Part shown: in pieces, positions 54,017 through 61,847 of the stretch
How the letters are laid out: each line of letters starts with the position of its first letter
Numbering within the stretch: position 1 is the first letter of the stretch
DNA from: Anaerolineales bacterium
GTDB lineage: Bacteria > Chloroflexota > Anaerolineae > Anaerolineales > E44-bin32
NCBI GenBank assembly: GCA_035471625.1
Contig: DATIPT010000037.1
Coordinates: forward strand, 9,559 to 73,558
Direction of reading: 5' to 3'
Length of the DNA: 64,000 nucleotides
Position numbers and translations under genes: made by a program
The notes under the pieces: model-generated
Told to the model about the DNA's origin: nothing
The model's input: the letters and a program-made list of their open reading frames with translations, nothing else
Database searches by the model: none

Positions 54017-54832
54017 ATGGCCGTCAAGGGCAACTTGCGTGACTTCAGTGTCACGCAGCTTTTCAACCTCATCAACTTGGCGCGCAAGACGGGCACCCTG
54101 ACGATTGAAGGCCCGTCGGAAGCCGCCTGGGTTTCCTTCAACACCGGGAAACTGATCTACGCGCAGCTTGGCAGCGAGGATGGCTCGCTGGTCGGGATCC
54201 TGTCGCGTGGCGGCAAGCTCAACCCCCGGCAGATCCAGCTGATCCGCTCCAACGCCGGGGACAAAAACGACAAAGAGCTCGGCCTGCTGCTCATCAACGC
54301 CGGGTACCTCTCCCAGCAGGACGTCCTGGCCGGAATCCGGGAGCACCTGCTCGAGATCGTGTACCGGCTCTTCACCTGGTCGGAAGGCCACTTCCGCTTC
54401 GACAACGACGTCCTCCCACCGGAGGATCGGATCACCCTGCGCCTAGACCTCGAAAACATCATCATGGAGGGCAGCCGCCGCCTCCAGGAGCACGAGCAGC
54501 TCGTCGAGGAGCTTCCCAATCTCGACATGGCGCTCAACTTCGTCGAGCGGCCCGGTGCCAACATCCGCGACGTCAACCTCAACGTCCAGGAATGGAAGGT
54601 CGTCTCGTACATCAATCCCAAGAACACCATTCGCCAAATCGGCAAGGCGAACAAGATGAGCGATATGGAGATCCGCCGGATTGTATTCGGGCTGCTGCAG
54701 GCCGGCCTTGTGGAGGTCGTCCGGCCGGAGGGCATGCCGTTGCCGCCGCAGGCCCCCAAGCTGCCACCCGTCGACAAGGAAAAGCAGACGACGCTCGTCG
54801 AGCGATTGATCAGTCGTATCCGGACGATCTAG
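54017..54832 (+). CDS. DUF4388 (PATAN-type) domain protein
   Basis: The N-terminus GNLRDFSVTQLFNLINLARKTGTLTIEG is the DUF4388 signature. The C-terminal half is helical. Confidence 0.75.
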   Translation: MAVKGNLRDFSVTQLFNLINLARKTGTLTIEGPSEAAWVSFNTGKLIYAQLGSEDGSLVGILSRGGKLNPRQIQLIRSNAGDKNDKELGLLLINAGYLSQQDVLAGIREHLLEIVYRLFTWSEGHFRFDNDVLPPEDRITLRLDLENIIMEGSRRLQEHEQLVEELPNLDMALNFVERPGANIRDVNLNVQEWKVVSYINPKNTIRQIGKANKMSDMEIRRIVFGLLQAGLVEVVRPEGMPLPPQAPKLPPVDKEKQTTLVERLISRIRTI

Positions 54833-54845
54833 TCGAGGCGCAATT

Positions 54846-55379
54846 ATGCAAACCGTCAAGATGGTGGTCACCGGGCCGTTCAACGCAGGCAAGACCGCCT
54901 TCATCCAATCGGTCAGCGAGATCGACGTCGTCTCCACCGAACGCAAGATTTCCACCGAAGCCGAACGGATCAAGGAGACCACGACCGTCGCCATGGACTT
55001 CGGCCGGATCACGGTCGATGACGACCTCGTGCTGTACCTGTTTGGGACGCCCGGGCAGAAGCGCTTTGACTTCATGTGGGAGATCCTCTCCGAGGGGATG
55101 CTCGGCTTCATCGTCATGGTCGACAGTTCCCGGCCCGAGACCTTCCGCGAGGCCAAGGGCATCCTACAGACCTTCCGCGCCTACGCCCCGACGCCCTACG
55201 TCGTGGCCGCCAATAAGCAAGACAAGGAAGACGCATGGGCAGTCGAGGACTTGCGCATCGCTCTGAAGCTCGACAGCAAGGTCAAGATGCTGCCGTGCAC
55301 CGCGTCCGACAAGGAGATGGTCAAGAAGGTCCTGCTGGAACTGCTCTATAGCATCCTGGAGGAGATGAAGGGGAAGTAG
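54846..55379 (+). CDS. Small Ras-like GTPase (COG2229 / CvnD-MglA-related)
   Basis: P-loop GPFNAGKT, switch region TTVAMDFG, G3 GTPGQKRF and G4 NKQD. Confidence 0.85.
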   Translation: MQTVKMVVTGPFNAGKTAFIQSVSEIDVVSTERKISTEAERIKETTTVAMDFGRITVDDDLVLYLFGTPGQKRFDFMWEILSEGMLGFIVMVDSSRPETFREAKGILQTFRAYAPTPYVVAANKQDKEDAWAVEDLRIALKLDSKVKMLPCTASDKEMVKKVLLELLYSILEEMKGK

Positions 55380-55477
55380 GCGGTTTCCTTTTGGCGTACG
55401 TCCCGCTCTCCCCGCCGGCAAGGGGCCTGGGCGAGCACCTTGACCCGCCCGCCGCAATCAGGATAGACTAGAGACAC

Positions 55478-55575
55478 CAACGCAAACGGGGAGCCCGGCG
55501 CGCCGGGCTGAGAGGAGGGGTTCGCGGCCCTCGACCCGAGGAACCTGATCCGGATAATGCCGGCGTAGGGATGGC
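55478..55575 (+). promoter_or_regulatory. TPP (THI-box) riboswitch aptamer
   Basis: GGGGAGC..CTGAGAGG..ACCCGAGGAACCTGATCCGGATAATGCCGGCGTAGGGA contains the conserved CUGAGA and ACCUGAUCCGGAUAAUGCCGGCG..GGGA cores. Confidence 0.9.
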
Positions 55576-55590
55576 ACCAAGCGGCATCCG

Positions 55591-55617
55591 AGCCACTCCC
55601 TGCGCAAGGGAGTGGCT
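55591..55617 (+). promoter_or_regulatory. Riboswitch expression-platform hairpin (terminator and/or SD sequestrator)
   Basis: A 10-bp stem AGCCACUCCC/GGGAGUGGCU with a 7-nt loop, followed by UUCGUG. The 3' arm contains the only SD (GGGAG) and the first GTG. Confidence 0.65.
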
Positions 55618-55620
55618 TTC

Positions 55621-56271
55621 GTGTCGGCAAAGACCGCCGTCATCCTGGCCAACGGCGAATTGGGGGATTTCCAATCCCTCTCGCCCCGCCTCGCAGCCGC
55701 CCAGCCCGATCTTGTCATCGCTGCCGACGGCGGGGCCCGGTATGCCCCCGGGCTCGGATTGCACCTCGATGTCGTCATCGGCGACCTCGACTCGGCCTCC
55801 GGCGATCCTGGGGTCGAGGTCGTCCGTTTTCCGCCGGACAAGGACGAGACCGACCTCGAACTTGCACTGTTGCACGCCCTGTCGCGTGGCGCCGAGAGAA
55901 TCGTCCTGCTGGGTGCGATCGGAGGCCGCCTCGATATGACGCTGGCGAGCACGTTGCTGCTGCTCCATCCGGAAATCACCCACCAGCAAGTCGCCATCTG
56001 GCACGGGTCTGAAACGGCCTATGTGCTTCGTCCCCCCGGGGGGACGATCAGCGGGGCCCCTGGCGACCGCGTCAGTCTGATCCCGCTGGCCGGTGAGGTC
56101 AGCGGCGTATCCACCGAAGGGCTCCAGTTCCGGTTGCGCGGCGGGACGCTCGCGCCCGGCCCGGGGCGCGGCATCAGCAATCGGATGACCGCCACATCCG
56201 CAGAGGTCCGCTTGGAGGCCGGAGTCCTCCTGATGGTCCATTCTCCGGGACCCCCGAAGGACCCGGCGTGA
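55621..56271 (+). CDS. thiN: Thiamine diphosphokinase
   Basis: VILANGE..., VIGDLDS, PPDKDETDLELAL and LLGAIGGRLD are TPK motifs. GTG 55621 sits 8 nt after GGGAG, and the track start GTG 55612 lies inside the hairpin. Confidence 0.85.
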   Translation: MSAKTAVILANGELGDFQSLSPRLAAAQPDLVIAADGGARYAPGLGLHLDVVIGDLDSASGDPGVEVVRFPPDKDETDLELALLHALSRGAERIVLLGAIGGRLDMTLASTLLLLHPEITHQQVAIWHGSETAYVLRPPGGTISGAPGDRVSLIPLAGEVSGVSTEGLQFRLRGGTLAPGPGRGISNRMTATSAEVRLEAGVLLMVHSPGPPKDPA

Positions 56272-57104
56272 TGAAGCCTCGCGGCGGCAGTCTCGACCCG
56301 ACCCCGGTGCGCGCCCGGCGCTGGATCCGGCAGGTCACCCCTCCGATCATCGTCCTCGGCCTCGCCGTCGTCGCCTGGATGGCGACCGCCCGAGCGACCG
56401 GCCTTCCAGCGTTCATTCTCCCCTCCCCAGGCCAGGTGGTGCTCGCCGGTTGGGAAACTCGTCAGGCGCTCCTGGCGGCTCTCGGAGCCACACTGAGCGA
56501 GACGGCCGTTGGGCTGCTGATCGCCGTGACCATGGCGGCCGCACTCGCAGCGGTGATGGACTTCTCCTCCTGGCTGCGACGCGCCCTGTATCCACTCCTG
56601 GTGGCCTCTCAGACGGTCCAGATCCTGGCAATCGCCCCGCTTCTGATCATCTGGTTCGGCTTCGGGCTGACCTCCAAGGTCTTGATCGTGGTGCTGATTT
56701 GCTTCTTCCCCCTGACGTTGAGCATGGCCGACGGGCTGGCCTCGGCCGACCCGGACCTGGTGGCCCTGTACCGGGCGATGGGCGCTCGGCGGACCCAGCT
56801 GTGGCGGATGATTCGCCTCCCGGCCGCGCTCCCGGCGTTCTTCTCGGGCTTGAAGATCGCCGTGACGTATTCCGTCGTCGGTGCGACGATCGGCGAGTGG
56901 GTCGGAGGGACACAGGGCCTGGGCCTGTACATGCTGCGCTCAAAGAACGCCCTGGCGACGGATCAGGTGTTCGTCGCCATTCTGGTCACCTCCGCCGTTA
57001 GCATCAGTCTGTTCCTCCTGGTGACCGCGATCGAGCGCGCCGCGTTGCCCTGGTACTTCACGTCAGAACGGCAGGAGCATTGGGAAGAGACGGGTATCTT
57101 CTGA
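56268..57104 (+). CDS. thiX: ABC transporter permease (NitT/TauT family), ThiX-type by context
   Basis: 6 TM segments with an EAA-like loop (LYRAMGARRTQLWRMIRLPAALP). A GTGA overlap joins it to thiN, downstream of the TPP riboswitch. Confidence 0.7.
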   Translation: MMKPRGGSLDPTPVRARRWIRQVTPPIIVLGLAVVAWMATARATGLPAFILPSPGQVVLAGWETRQALLAALGATLSETAVGLLIAVTMAAALAAVMDFSSWLRRALYPLLVASQTVQILAIAPLLIIWFGFGLTSKVLIVVLICFFPLTLSMADGLASADPDLVALYRAMGARRTQLWRMIRLPAALPAFFSGLKIAVTYSVVGATIGEWVGGTQGLGLYMLRSKNALATDQVFVAILVTSAVSISLFLLVTAIERAALPWYFTSERQEHWEETGIF

Positions 57105-57144
57105 GGCGCTGACCGATCGTGAGCCTCGGGATTGGAGTTGTTCG

Positions 57145-58125
57145 ATGAACGCACGCTTGTTCGCAATCGGCATGGTGCTCGTGCTTACCGGGTGCGTCCC
57201 GGCCGCGGCTCCATCCGCCCCGCCGGCAACCCCGGTCACCGTGATGCTCGACTGGGTCCCCAACACCAATCACACCGGTCTGTTTGTGGCTGCCGATCAG
57301 GGCTACTTCGCCGAGGAGGGCCTGGAGGTGGAAATCATTCAGCCCGGCGAGGTGTATGCCGAGCAGGCCGTCGCCGGTGGAGCCGCCGACTTCGGGATCA
57401 GCTTCCAGGAGCAGGTGACCCTGGCTCGCGCCGACGACGTCCCGATCGTCTCGATCGCCGCCGTTCTGCAACACAACACCTCGGCCTTCGCGTCTCGGGC
57501 CGAGCTCGGCGTTGAGTCACCGGCCGACTGGGAAGGCCTGCGGTATGGATCCTTTGGCAGCCCGTTCGAGAGACCGACGCTTGAAGGCCTGATGTCATGC
57601 GCCGGCGGCGACGTCGAGCGCTTGGAGATCGTCGAGACCGGGTTCACCGACCCGCTCGCCCTGCTCCAGAGCAAGCAGATCGATCTGGCATGGATCTTCT
57701 ACGGCTGGCAGGGGATCCAGGCCGAGATGCTCGAACTCGATCTCGACCTGGTCATGATGGCGGACCACTTCGATTGCATTCCCGACTACTACACCCCGGT
57801 CCTGATCGCCAGCGAGGCGACGCTCGCCGGGAGGCCGGAACTTGCACGGGGCTTCCTGCGGGCGACGGCACGCGGCTACACTTTCGCCGCCGAGAACCCG
57901 GAGCAGGCCGTCGAGGCTCTCCTGAAGGCCGCGCCGGAACTCGACCGTGAGCACGCCCTCGCCAGCCAGCGCTGGATTTCACCCCGGTACCGGGCGGAAA
58001 GCCCGCGCTGGGGCACGCAGACGCTCGCCGCCTGGCAGGGCTACGCCGACTGGATGCTCCGGAACGGTATCCTGACGGCGCCGTTCGAGGCCTCCGGGGC
58101 GTTCACGGCGGAGTTTCTACCCTGA
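57145..58125 (+). CDS. thiY: NMT1/THI5-like substrate-binding lipoprotein, ThiY-type (pyrimidine-moiety binding)
   Basis: Lipobox LVLTGC and the LDWVPNTNHTGLFVA signature of THI5/ThiY proteins. Confidence 0.75.
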   Translation: MNARLFAIGMVLVLTGCVPAAAPSAPPATPVTVMLDWVPNTNHTGLFVAADQGYFAEEGLEVEIIQPGEVYAEQAVAGGAADFGISFQEQVTLARADDVPIVSIAAVLQHNTSAFASRAELGVESPADWEGLRYGSFGSPFERPTLEGLMSCAGGDVERLEIVETGFTDPLALLQSKQIDLAWIFYGWQGIQAEMLELDLDLVMMADHFDCIPDYYTPVLIASEATLAGRPELARGFLRATARGYTFAAENPEQAVEALLKAAPELDREHALASQRWISPRYRAESPRWGTQTLAAWQGYADWMLRNGILTAPFEASGAFTAEFLP

Positions 58126-58904
58126 CCGGTCAGCCTTCGCCTCCCAAGCTCGAGCTCATCGAGGTCAGCAAGGCGTTCCACGCCGATGGACGGCAGTTCG
58201 AGGCCCTCCAGGGCGTCACCTTCTCGATCGCGGCCGGCGAGTTCGTCACGATCGTCGGCCCATCCGGAAGTGGCAAGAGCACCCTCTTCAACCTGATCGT
58301 GGGCTTGATGCAGCCGGATGAGGGGGAGATCCGCGTCGACGGACGGGCGCTCGTCGATCGCATCGGACGGTTCGGATTCATGCCCCAGCGCGACCTGCTT
58401 CTCCCGTGGAGGAACGTGCTCGACAACGTGATCACTCCGCTCGAGTTGAAGGGGACCGAGCGCCCGGAGGCTCGGCGGCGGGCCTTGGAGCTGTTGCCGC
58501 GCTTCGGCCTGGAAGGATTCGAGGCGGTCTACCCGGCGGCCCTCTCCGGCGGGATGCGCCAACGAGCCGCCCTCCTCCGCTCGGTCCTCAGCGACAGCGA
58601 CACCCTGCTGCTCGACGAACCGTTTGGGGCCCTCGATGCCCTCACCCGGAGACAGATGCAGGACTGGTTGCTCGGGCTCTGGGCGGAGTACCGTCAGACG
58701 GTGCTGTTCATCACCCACGACGTGGACGAGGCCGTCTACCTTGCCGACCGTGTGATCGCCCTCTCGGCCCGTCCCGGCCATGTGGCCCGCCAGGTCACGA
58801 TCGATCTCCCGCGACCGCGCGAAGCGCGCATGGTCGGATGGCCGCAGTTCGGCCAGTCAGTCGCCACGCTGCTGCTCAGCCTTGGAGTGGAGAGCACGCC
58901 ATGA
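58122..58904 (+). CDS. thiZ: ABC transporter ATP-binding protein, ThiZ-type; probable CTG start
   Basis: Walker A GPSGSGKS is encoded at 58257-58280, upstream of the first ATG/GTG/TTG (58299). The frame is open, with CTG 58122 overlapping the thiY stop (cCTGA) and GGCGGAG 8 nt upstream. The signature LSGGMRQR and Walker B LLLDEP are present. Confidence 0.7.
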   Translation: MTGQPSPPKLELIEVSKAFHADGRQFEALQGVTFSIAAGEFVTIVGPSGSGKSTLFNLIVGLMQPDEGEIRVDGRALVDRIGRFGFMPQRDLLLPWRNVLDNVITPLELKGTERPEARRRALELLPRFGLEGFEAVYPAALSGGMRQRAALLRSVLSDSDTLLLDEPFGALDALTRRQMQDWLLGLWAEYRQTVLFITHDVDEAVYLADRVIALSARPGHVARQVTIDLPRPREARMVGWPQFGQSVATLLLSLGVESTP

Positions 58905-59389
58905 ACCCGGGGGATCGCATCGTCGTCCACAAGCTCAACGAGCAAGGCGTCGAAGTCTGGACCTACGCCGGCCGCATCCTGGGCGCGACCCCGACCACCA
59001 TCACCCTCGAAGCCTCCTTCAACGGCCCCGAGTCGGATTTCCACGGACTGCCCCTCCGCCAGGGCGATCGTTTCGTTGAGACCTTCCACAGCGATCGGGG
59101 ATACAACATCTTCGCCATTCACGACGCGGAGGACGCTCAGTTCAAGGGCTGGTACTGCAACATCACCCGGCCGGCCGTCTTCAGCGACGGTCACATCCAC
59201 GCCGAAGACCTCGCCCTCGACCTGATCGTCCTACCCGACGGCGAAACGATCGTCCTGGACGAGGACGAATTCGGATCCCTGGATCTGGCCGATGACGAGC
59301 GGAAGGCCGCGTTGGAAACGCTGGCGAGGCTCAGGGAGTGGGCGCGCCAGCGCGCGGGCCCTTTCACGACCAATCCCCCGCCCGGCTGA
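58901..59389 (+). CDS. DUF402-family protein (nucleoside di/triphosphatase / FomD-like phosphohydrolase fold)
   Basis: ..GWYCNITRPA...EDLALDLIVLPDG..VLDEDEF.. is the DUF402 core. An ATGA overlap joins it to thiZ. The track's 165-codon N-terminal extension was rejected. Confidence 0.75.
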   Translation: MNPGDRIVVHKLNEQGVEVWTYAGRILGATPTTITLEASFNGPESDFHGLPLRQGDRFVETFHSDRGYNIFAIHDAEDAQFKGWYCNITRPAVFSDGHIHAEDLALDLIVLPDGETIVLDEDEFGSLDLADDERKAALETLARLREWARQRAGPFTTNPPPG

Positions 59390-59431
59390 TCCTGACAATG
59401 CGCGGGCGGCCCGGGCTCCGAGGATGCTGCG

Positions 59432-59464
59432 GCCGGCACCCTTGATCTTCCTCAGGGTGCCGGC
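59432..59464. terminator. Hairpin between convergent operons
   Basis: A 10-bp stem GCCGGCACCC/GGGTGCCGGC with a 13-nt loop. Confidence 0.55.
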
Positions 59465-59490
59465 CGATTGCGACGATCGGTCGTTTGGGG

Positions 59491-59673
59491 CTAGACCAGA
59501 ACCCCGCTCACTCGAACGGTCAATCCAAGAAGCTGATCTCCGAAGGTGTACAGATACCAGCCTGCGGCGCAGCACATCGTGATCAGGCAACAGAACACGA
59601 CCAGCGCGAGGATGACCAGCAGCCAGTTCCGGCTTCGGGGCTGGCCCTCCTGCCCGGTGGACGCAGTGCTCAT
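59491..59673 (-). CDS. Small single-TM protein (60 aa)
   Basis: A strong SD GAAGGAGAG lies 6 nt upstream of the ATG. It has a Cys-rich TM helix, WLLVILALVVFCCLITMCCAAGWYLY. Confidence 0.55.
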   Translation of the reverse strand: MSTASTGQEGQPRSRNWLLVILALVVFCCLITMCCAAGWYLYTFGDQLLGLTVRVSGVLV

Positions 59674-59709
59674 GTGATCTCTCCTTCGCGGCTCCGCTGC
59701 TCCACCTTT

Positions 59710-60054
59710 TCAGGCCAGCACGATGGGCGCGACGAGGCCATAGGTGTCGATCGACGAGATGATCCCCATCGGCAGGATGATGAAGATCAGGCAGGCAATG
59801 CAGATTCCGATCACGCCCAAGCCGATGCCGATCCACCCCATGATCACTCCGGCGAAGGCCATCCCGTCGCCGCTCTGCGTGCCCCCGCTCGCAGCGATCT
59901 CCCGTCGGGCGATGTTGCCCGTAATCACGGCCGCGATGCTCCCGATGAAGGGAAACATCGTCAGGCCGAGGATCCCGGCTATCAGACTGACCCAGGCCAT
60001 CGAATGGGTCGGTACCGGGGTCGTACTTGGGGTCGAAGACTGAGTCATCGTCAT
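59710..60054 (-). CDS. DUF4190-like small membrane protein
   Basis: Two TM helices with AWVSLIAGILG...GSIAAVITGNIARREI...GVIMGWIGIGL. Confidence 0.6.
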   Translation of the reverse strand: MTMTQSSTPSTTPVPTHSMAWVSLIAGILGLTMFPFIGSIAAVITGNIARREIAASGGTQSGDGMAFAGVIMGWIGIGLGVIGICIACLIFIILPMGIISSIDTYGLVAPIVLA

Positions 60055-60072
60055 CCTCCTCCAGGAGCAAGA

Positions 60073-60651
60073 TCAGGCGGTTCCGGTCGGTGCGGCATTC
60101 GCCCGGCGCCATAGCCACCAGACGAACAGCGAGGTCAGAATGATCACGAAAGCTGCGATGATCACCGGCACGACGATCGCCGCGATCGAGATCAGGGCGG
60201 CGACGACATCCTCGGCGATGCTCACCGGAATGTTGCCCACCCCTCCGGTTGTCGCCGTGACGGCCGGTCGGACGGCGGCAGCCTTGGCGGTGTGGACGCC
60301 GCCGGCGACGAGCAGGCCGGCAATCATCGCCACGATTGGGTGGATGTTGGTCACGGCACCGGTGCTGGCGGCGAACAGGATCGCCCCTGCGGCGGGCCGG
60401 ACAAAGGTCTGGATCGCATCGTTGACATTGTTGACGGCCGGCGCCTTGTCGGCGAAGAACTCGATCAAGGTCAGGACCGCCAGGGCCCCGATCACCCACC
60501 AGCTCGTCAGGGCATCCCACGGCGAGCTCAAGGTGAACCAGGTCGTGAACCGCCCGAGCAGAGCAACGATCAATAACGGGATGTAGGCATTCAGGCCGGC
60601 ACTCGCGGCCAGTCCGAAAGCCGTCAGGATTCCACTGGCGGCATCCATCAT
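60073..60651 (-). CDS. DUF4126-family membrane protein
   Basis: GLAASAGLNAYIPLL...EFFADKAPAVNNVNDAIQTFVRP... ATG 60651 is preceded by AGGAGG and overlaps the upstream stop (ATGA). Confidence 0.7.
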   Translation of the reverse strand: MMDAASGILTAFGLAASAGLNAYIPLLIVALLGRFTTWFTLSSPWDALTSWWVIGALAVLTLIEFFADKAPAVNNVNDAIQTFVRPAAGAILFAASTGAVTNIHPIVAMIAGLLVAGGVHTAKAAAVRPAVTATTGGVGNIPVSIAEDVVAALISIAAIVVPVIIAAFVIILTSLFVWWLWRRANAAPTGTA

Positions 60652-61478
60652 GCGCCTCCTAGGGTGAAACCAGCCCACGTGCCGGTCAGGGCAAGACGGG
60701 CGGCGTCGAGCAAACCGATCTGCAGGATCGCCAGGCCCAGGCCGACGGCCAACGGCACGGCTACCTCCGCCAACGAGCCGGCCCGGTTCTCCTGGCGCAG
60801 CAGGAGCAGGGCGACCACGCCGTACACGAGAGTCAGGATCAAGACCACACCTCCGGCGCTCAGCAGCGCCAACGGATAGAGCACGATCGGATTCTCGCTC
60901 AGGACGAGCGCCACGACGGTGGCGGCAGGCAGGAGCAGGATCCCGATCTCCCGCAGGGATCCGACCACCGGCTCCTTCTTCCATTCGCGCCAGGCGTTCT
61001 GGTTGAAACCCGCGACCACCAGGACCCCGAGGCTCAGCCCCATCAGCGTTCCGGTGACCAAGCGGAGCACATTGTTCGGTTCATAGGCATGCGGGGCGCC
61101 CGGGATCAGGGTCAGATAGGAGTTCAAACCATCGATCGCCCAGACGGCCGCGAATAGGCCAAAGACCGCGAACAGCCCCGGGCGCGGGAAGCCCCCATGG
61201 CGGCCACGCCCCAGCGCCACGAGGGTCCCGATGGCGACGAGCGCGCCCAAGTACATGCCGCTGCATCGAGCGCAGAGCGGGAGGGCGCGCGTCCCCAGGT
61301 GGAACGAGCGCAGATCAATCCGGTGACACACGGCGTACCCGATCGCATCGGCTTTCCCCAGCAACCCCGCTGGGGTCAGCACCAGCCACGCGACCAAGAC
61401 CAGAGCGACCGGCACGAACAACGCCGCCCGCCCAGGGGTGAGTCGGACCGGCTGCGGGACGGAGAGATCCGCGTCCAT
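60648..61478 (-). CDS. DUF2085-family membrane protein
   Basis: YAVCHRIDLRSF...LPLCARCSGMYLG is the DUF2085 signature. A TATAAT box lies 8 nt upstream of the ATG. Confidence 0.7.
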   Translation of the reverse strand: MDADLSVPQPVRLTPGRAALFVPVALVLVAWLVLTPAGLLGKADAIGYAVCHRIDLRSFHLGTRALPLCARCSGMYLGALVAIGTLVALGRGRHGGFPRPGLFAVFGLFAAVWAIDGLNSYLTLIPGAPHAYEPNNVLRLVTGTLMGLSLGVLVVAGFNQNAWREWKKEPVVGSLREIGILLLPAATVVALVLSENPIVLYPLALLSAGGVVLILTLVYGVVALLLLRQENRAGSLAEVAVPLAVGLGLAILQIGLLDAARLALTGTWAGFTLGGA

Positions 61479-61486
61479 AGTCGGGA

Positions 61487-61492
61487 ATTATA
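61487..61492 (-). promoter_or_regulatory. -10 box TATAAT for a leaderless DUF2085 operon transcript
   Basis: The minus strand reads GACTATAATTCCCGACTATG. Confidence 0.5.
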
Positions 61493-61523
61493 GTCGAACG
61501 ACTCTCCCGAGCCTGACCATTCC

Positions 61524-61551
61524 TTGACGGTCTCCTCCCGGGCGGTATAAT
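61524..61551 (+). promoter_or_regulatory. Sigma70-type promoter (TTGACG - 16 nt - TATAAT) for tRNA-Asn
   Basis: The -10 ends 10 nt before the tRNA 5' end. Confidence 0.7.
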
Positions 61552-61561
61552 CCGCGCACAT

Positions 61562-61634
61562 TCCTCGGTAGCTCAATCGGCAGAGCGGGCGGCTGTTAAC
61601 CGCTAGGTTCCAGGTTCGAGTCCTGGCCGAGGAG
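61562..61634 (+). tRNA. tRNA-Asn (anticodon GTT), CCA not encoded
   Basis: Acceptor UCCUCGG/CCGAGGA, anticodon loop CUGUUAA and T-arm CCAGGUUCGAGUCCUGG. Confidence 0.9.
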
Positions 61635-61847
61635 CCTCTCCTCTTCATCCCGTCCCTCCCATTCTCCGATCGCCCTCGACCACCGTGCCCGGTTGCACGA
61701 CCTCTCCTTGCGGCGGTGCCCACGGTCATGCTTTCCGCTCTCATCGATCTCTTATAGGCAGGTTACACGGGCGTTACATCGGGCCGCTACCCTCCGGCCA
61801 TACCACGTCGGAGACGCGGACTCTCCGACTCGTTGCGGAGGTTGAAC

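Noticed and set aside
59674-59712. In-frame TGA between the DUF4190 gene and the 60-aa ORF (same frame), considered as a third Sec codon
   Set aside because: The 36 nt after the TGA contain a strong SD (GAAGGAGAG) correctly spaced before ATG 59673. The read-through peptide KGGAAEPRRRDH has no redox motif. This fits an ordinary stop plus re-initiation.
59231-60520. 429-aa minus-strand ORF across the DUF402/DUF4190/DUF4126 region
   Set aside because: It is an alternative-frame artefact with repetitive RRRG/DRG content. It is incompatible with the well-formed membrane-protein frames and with the terminator at 59432-59464.
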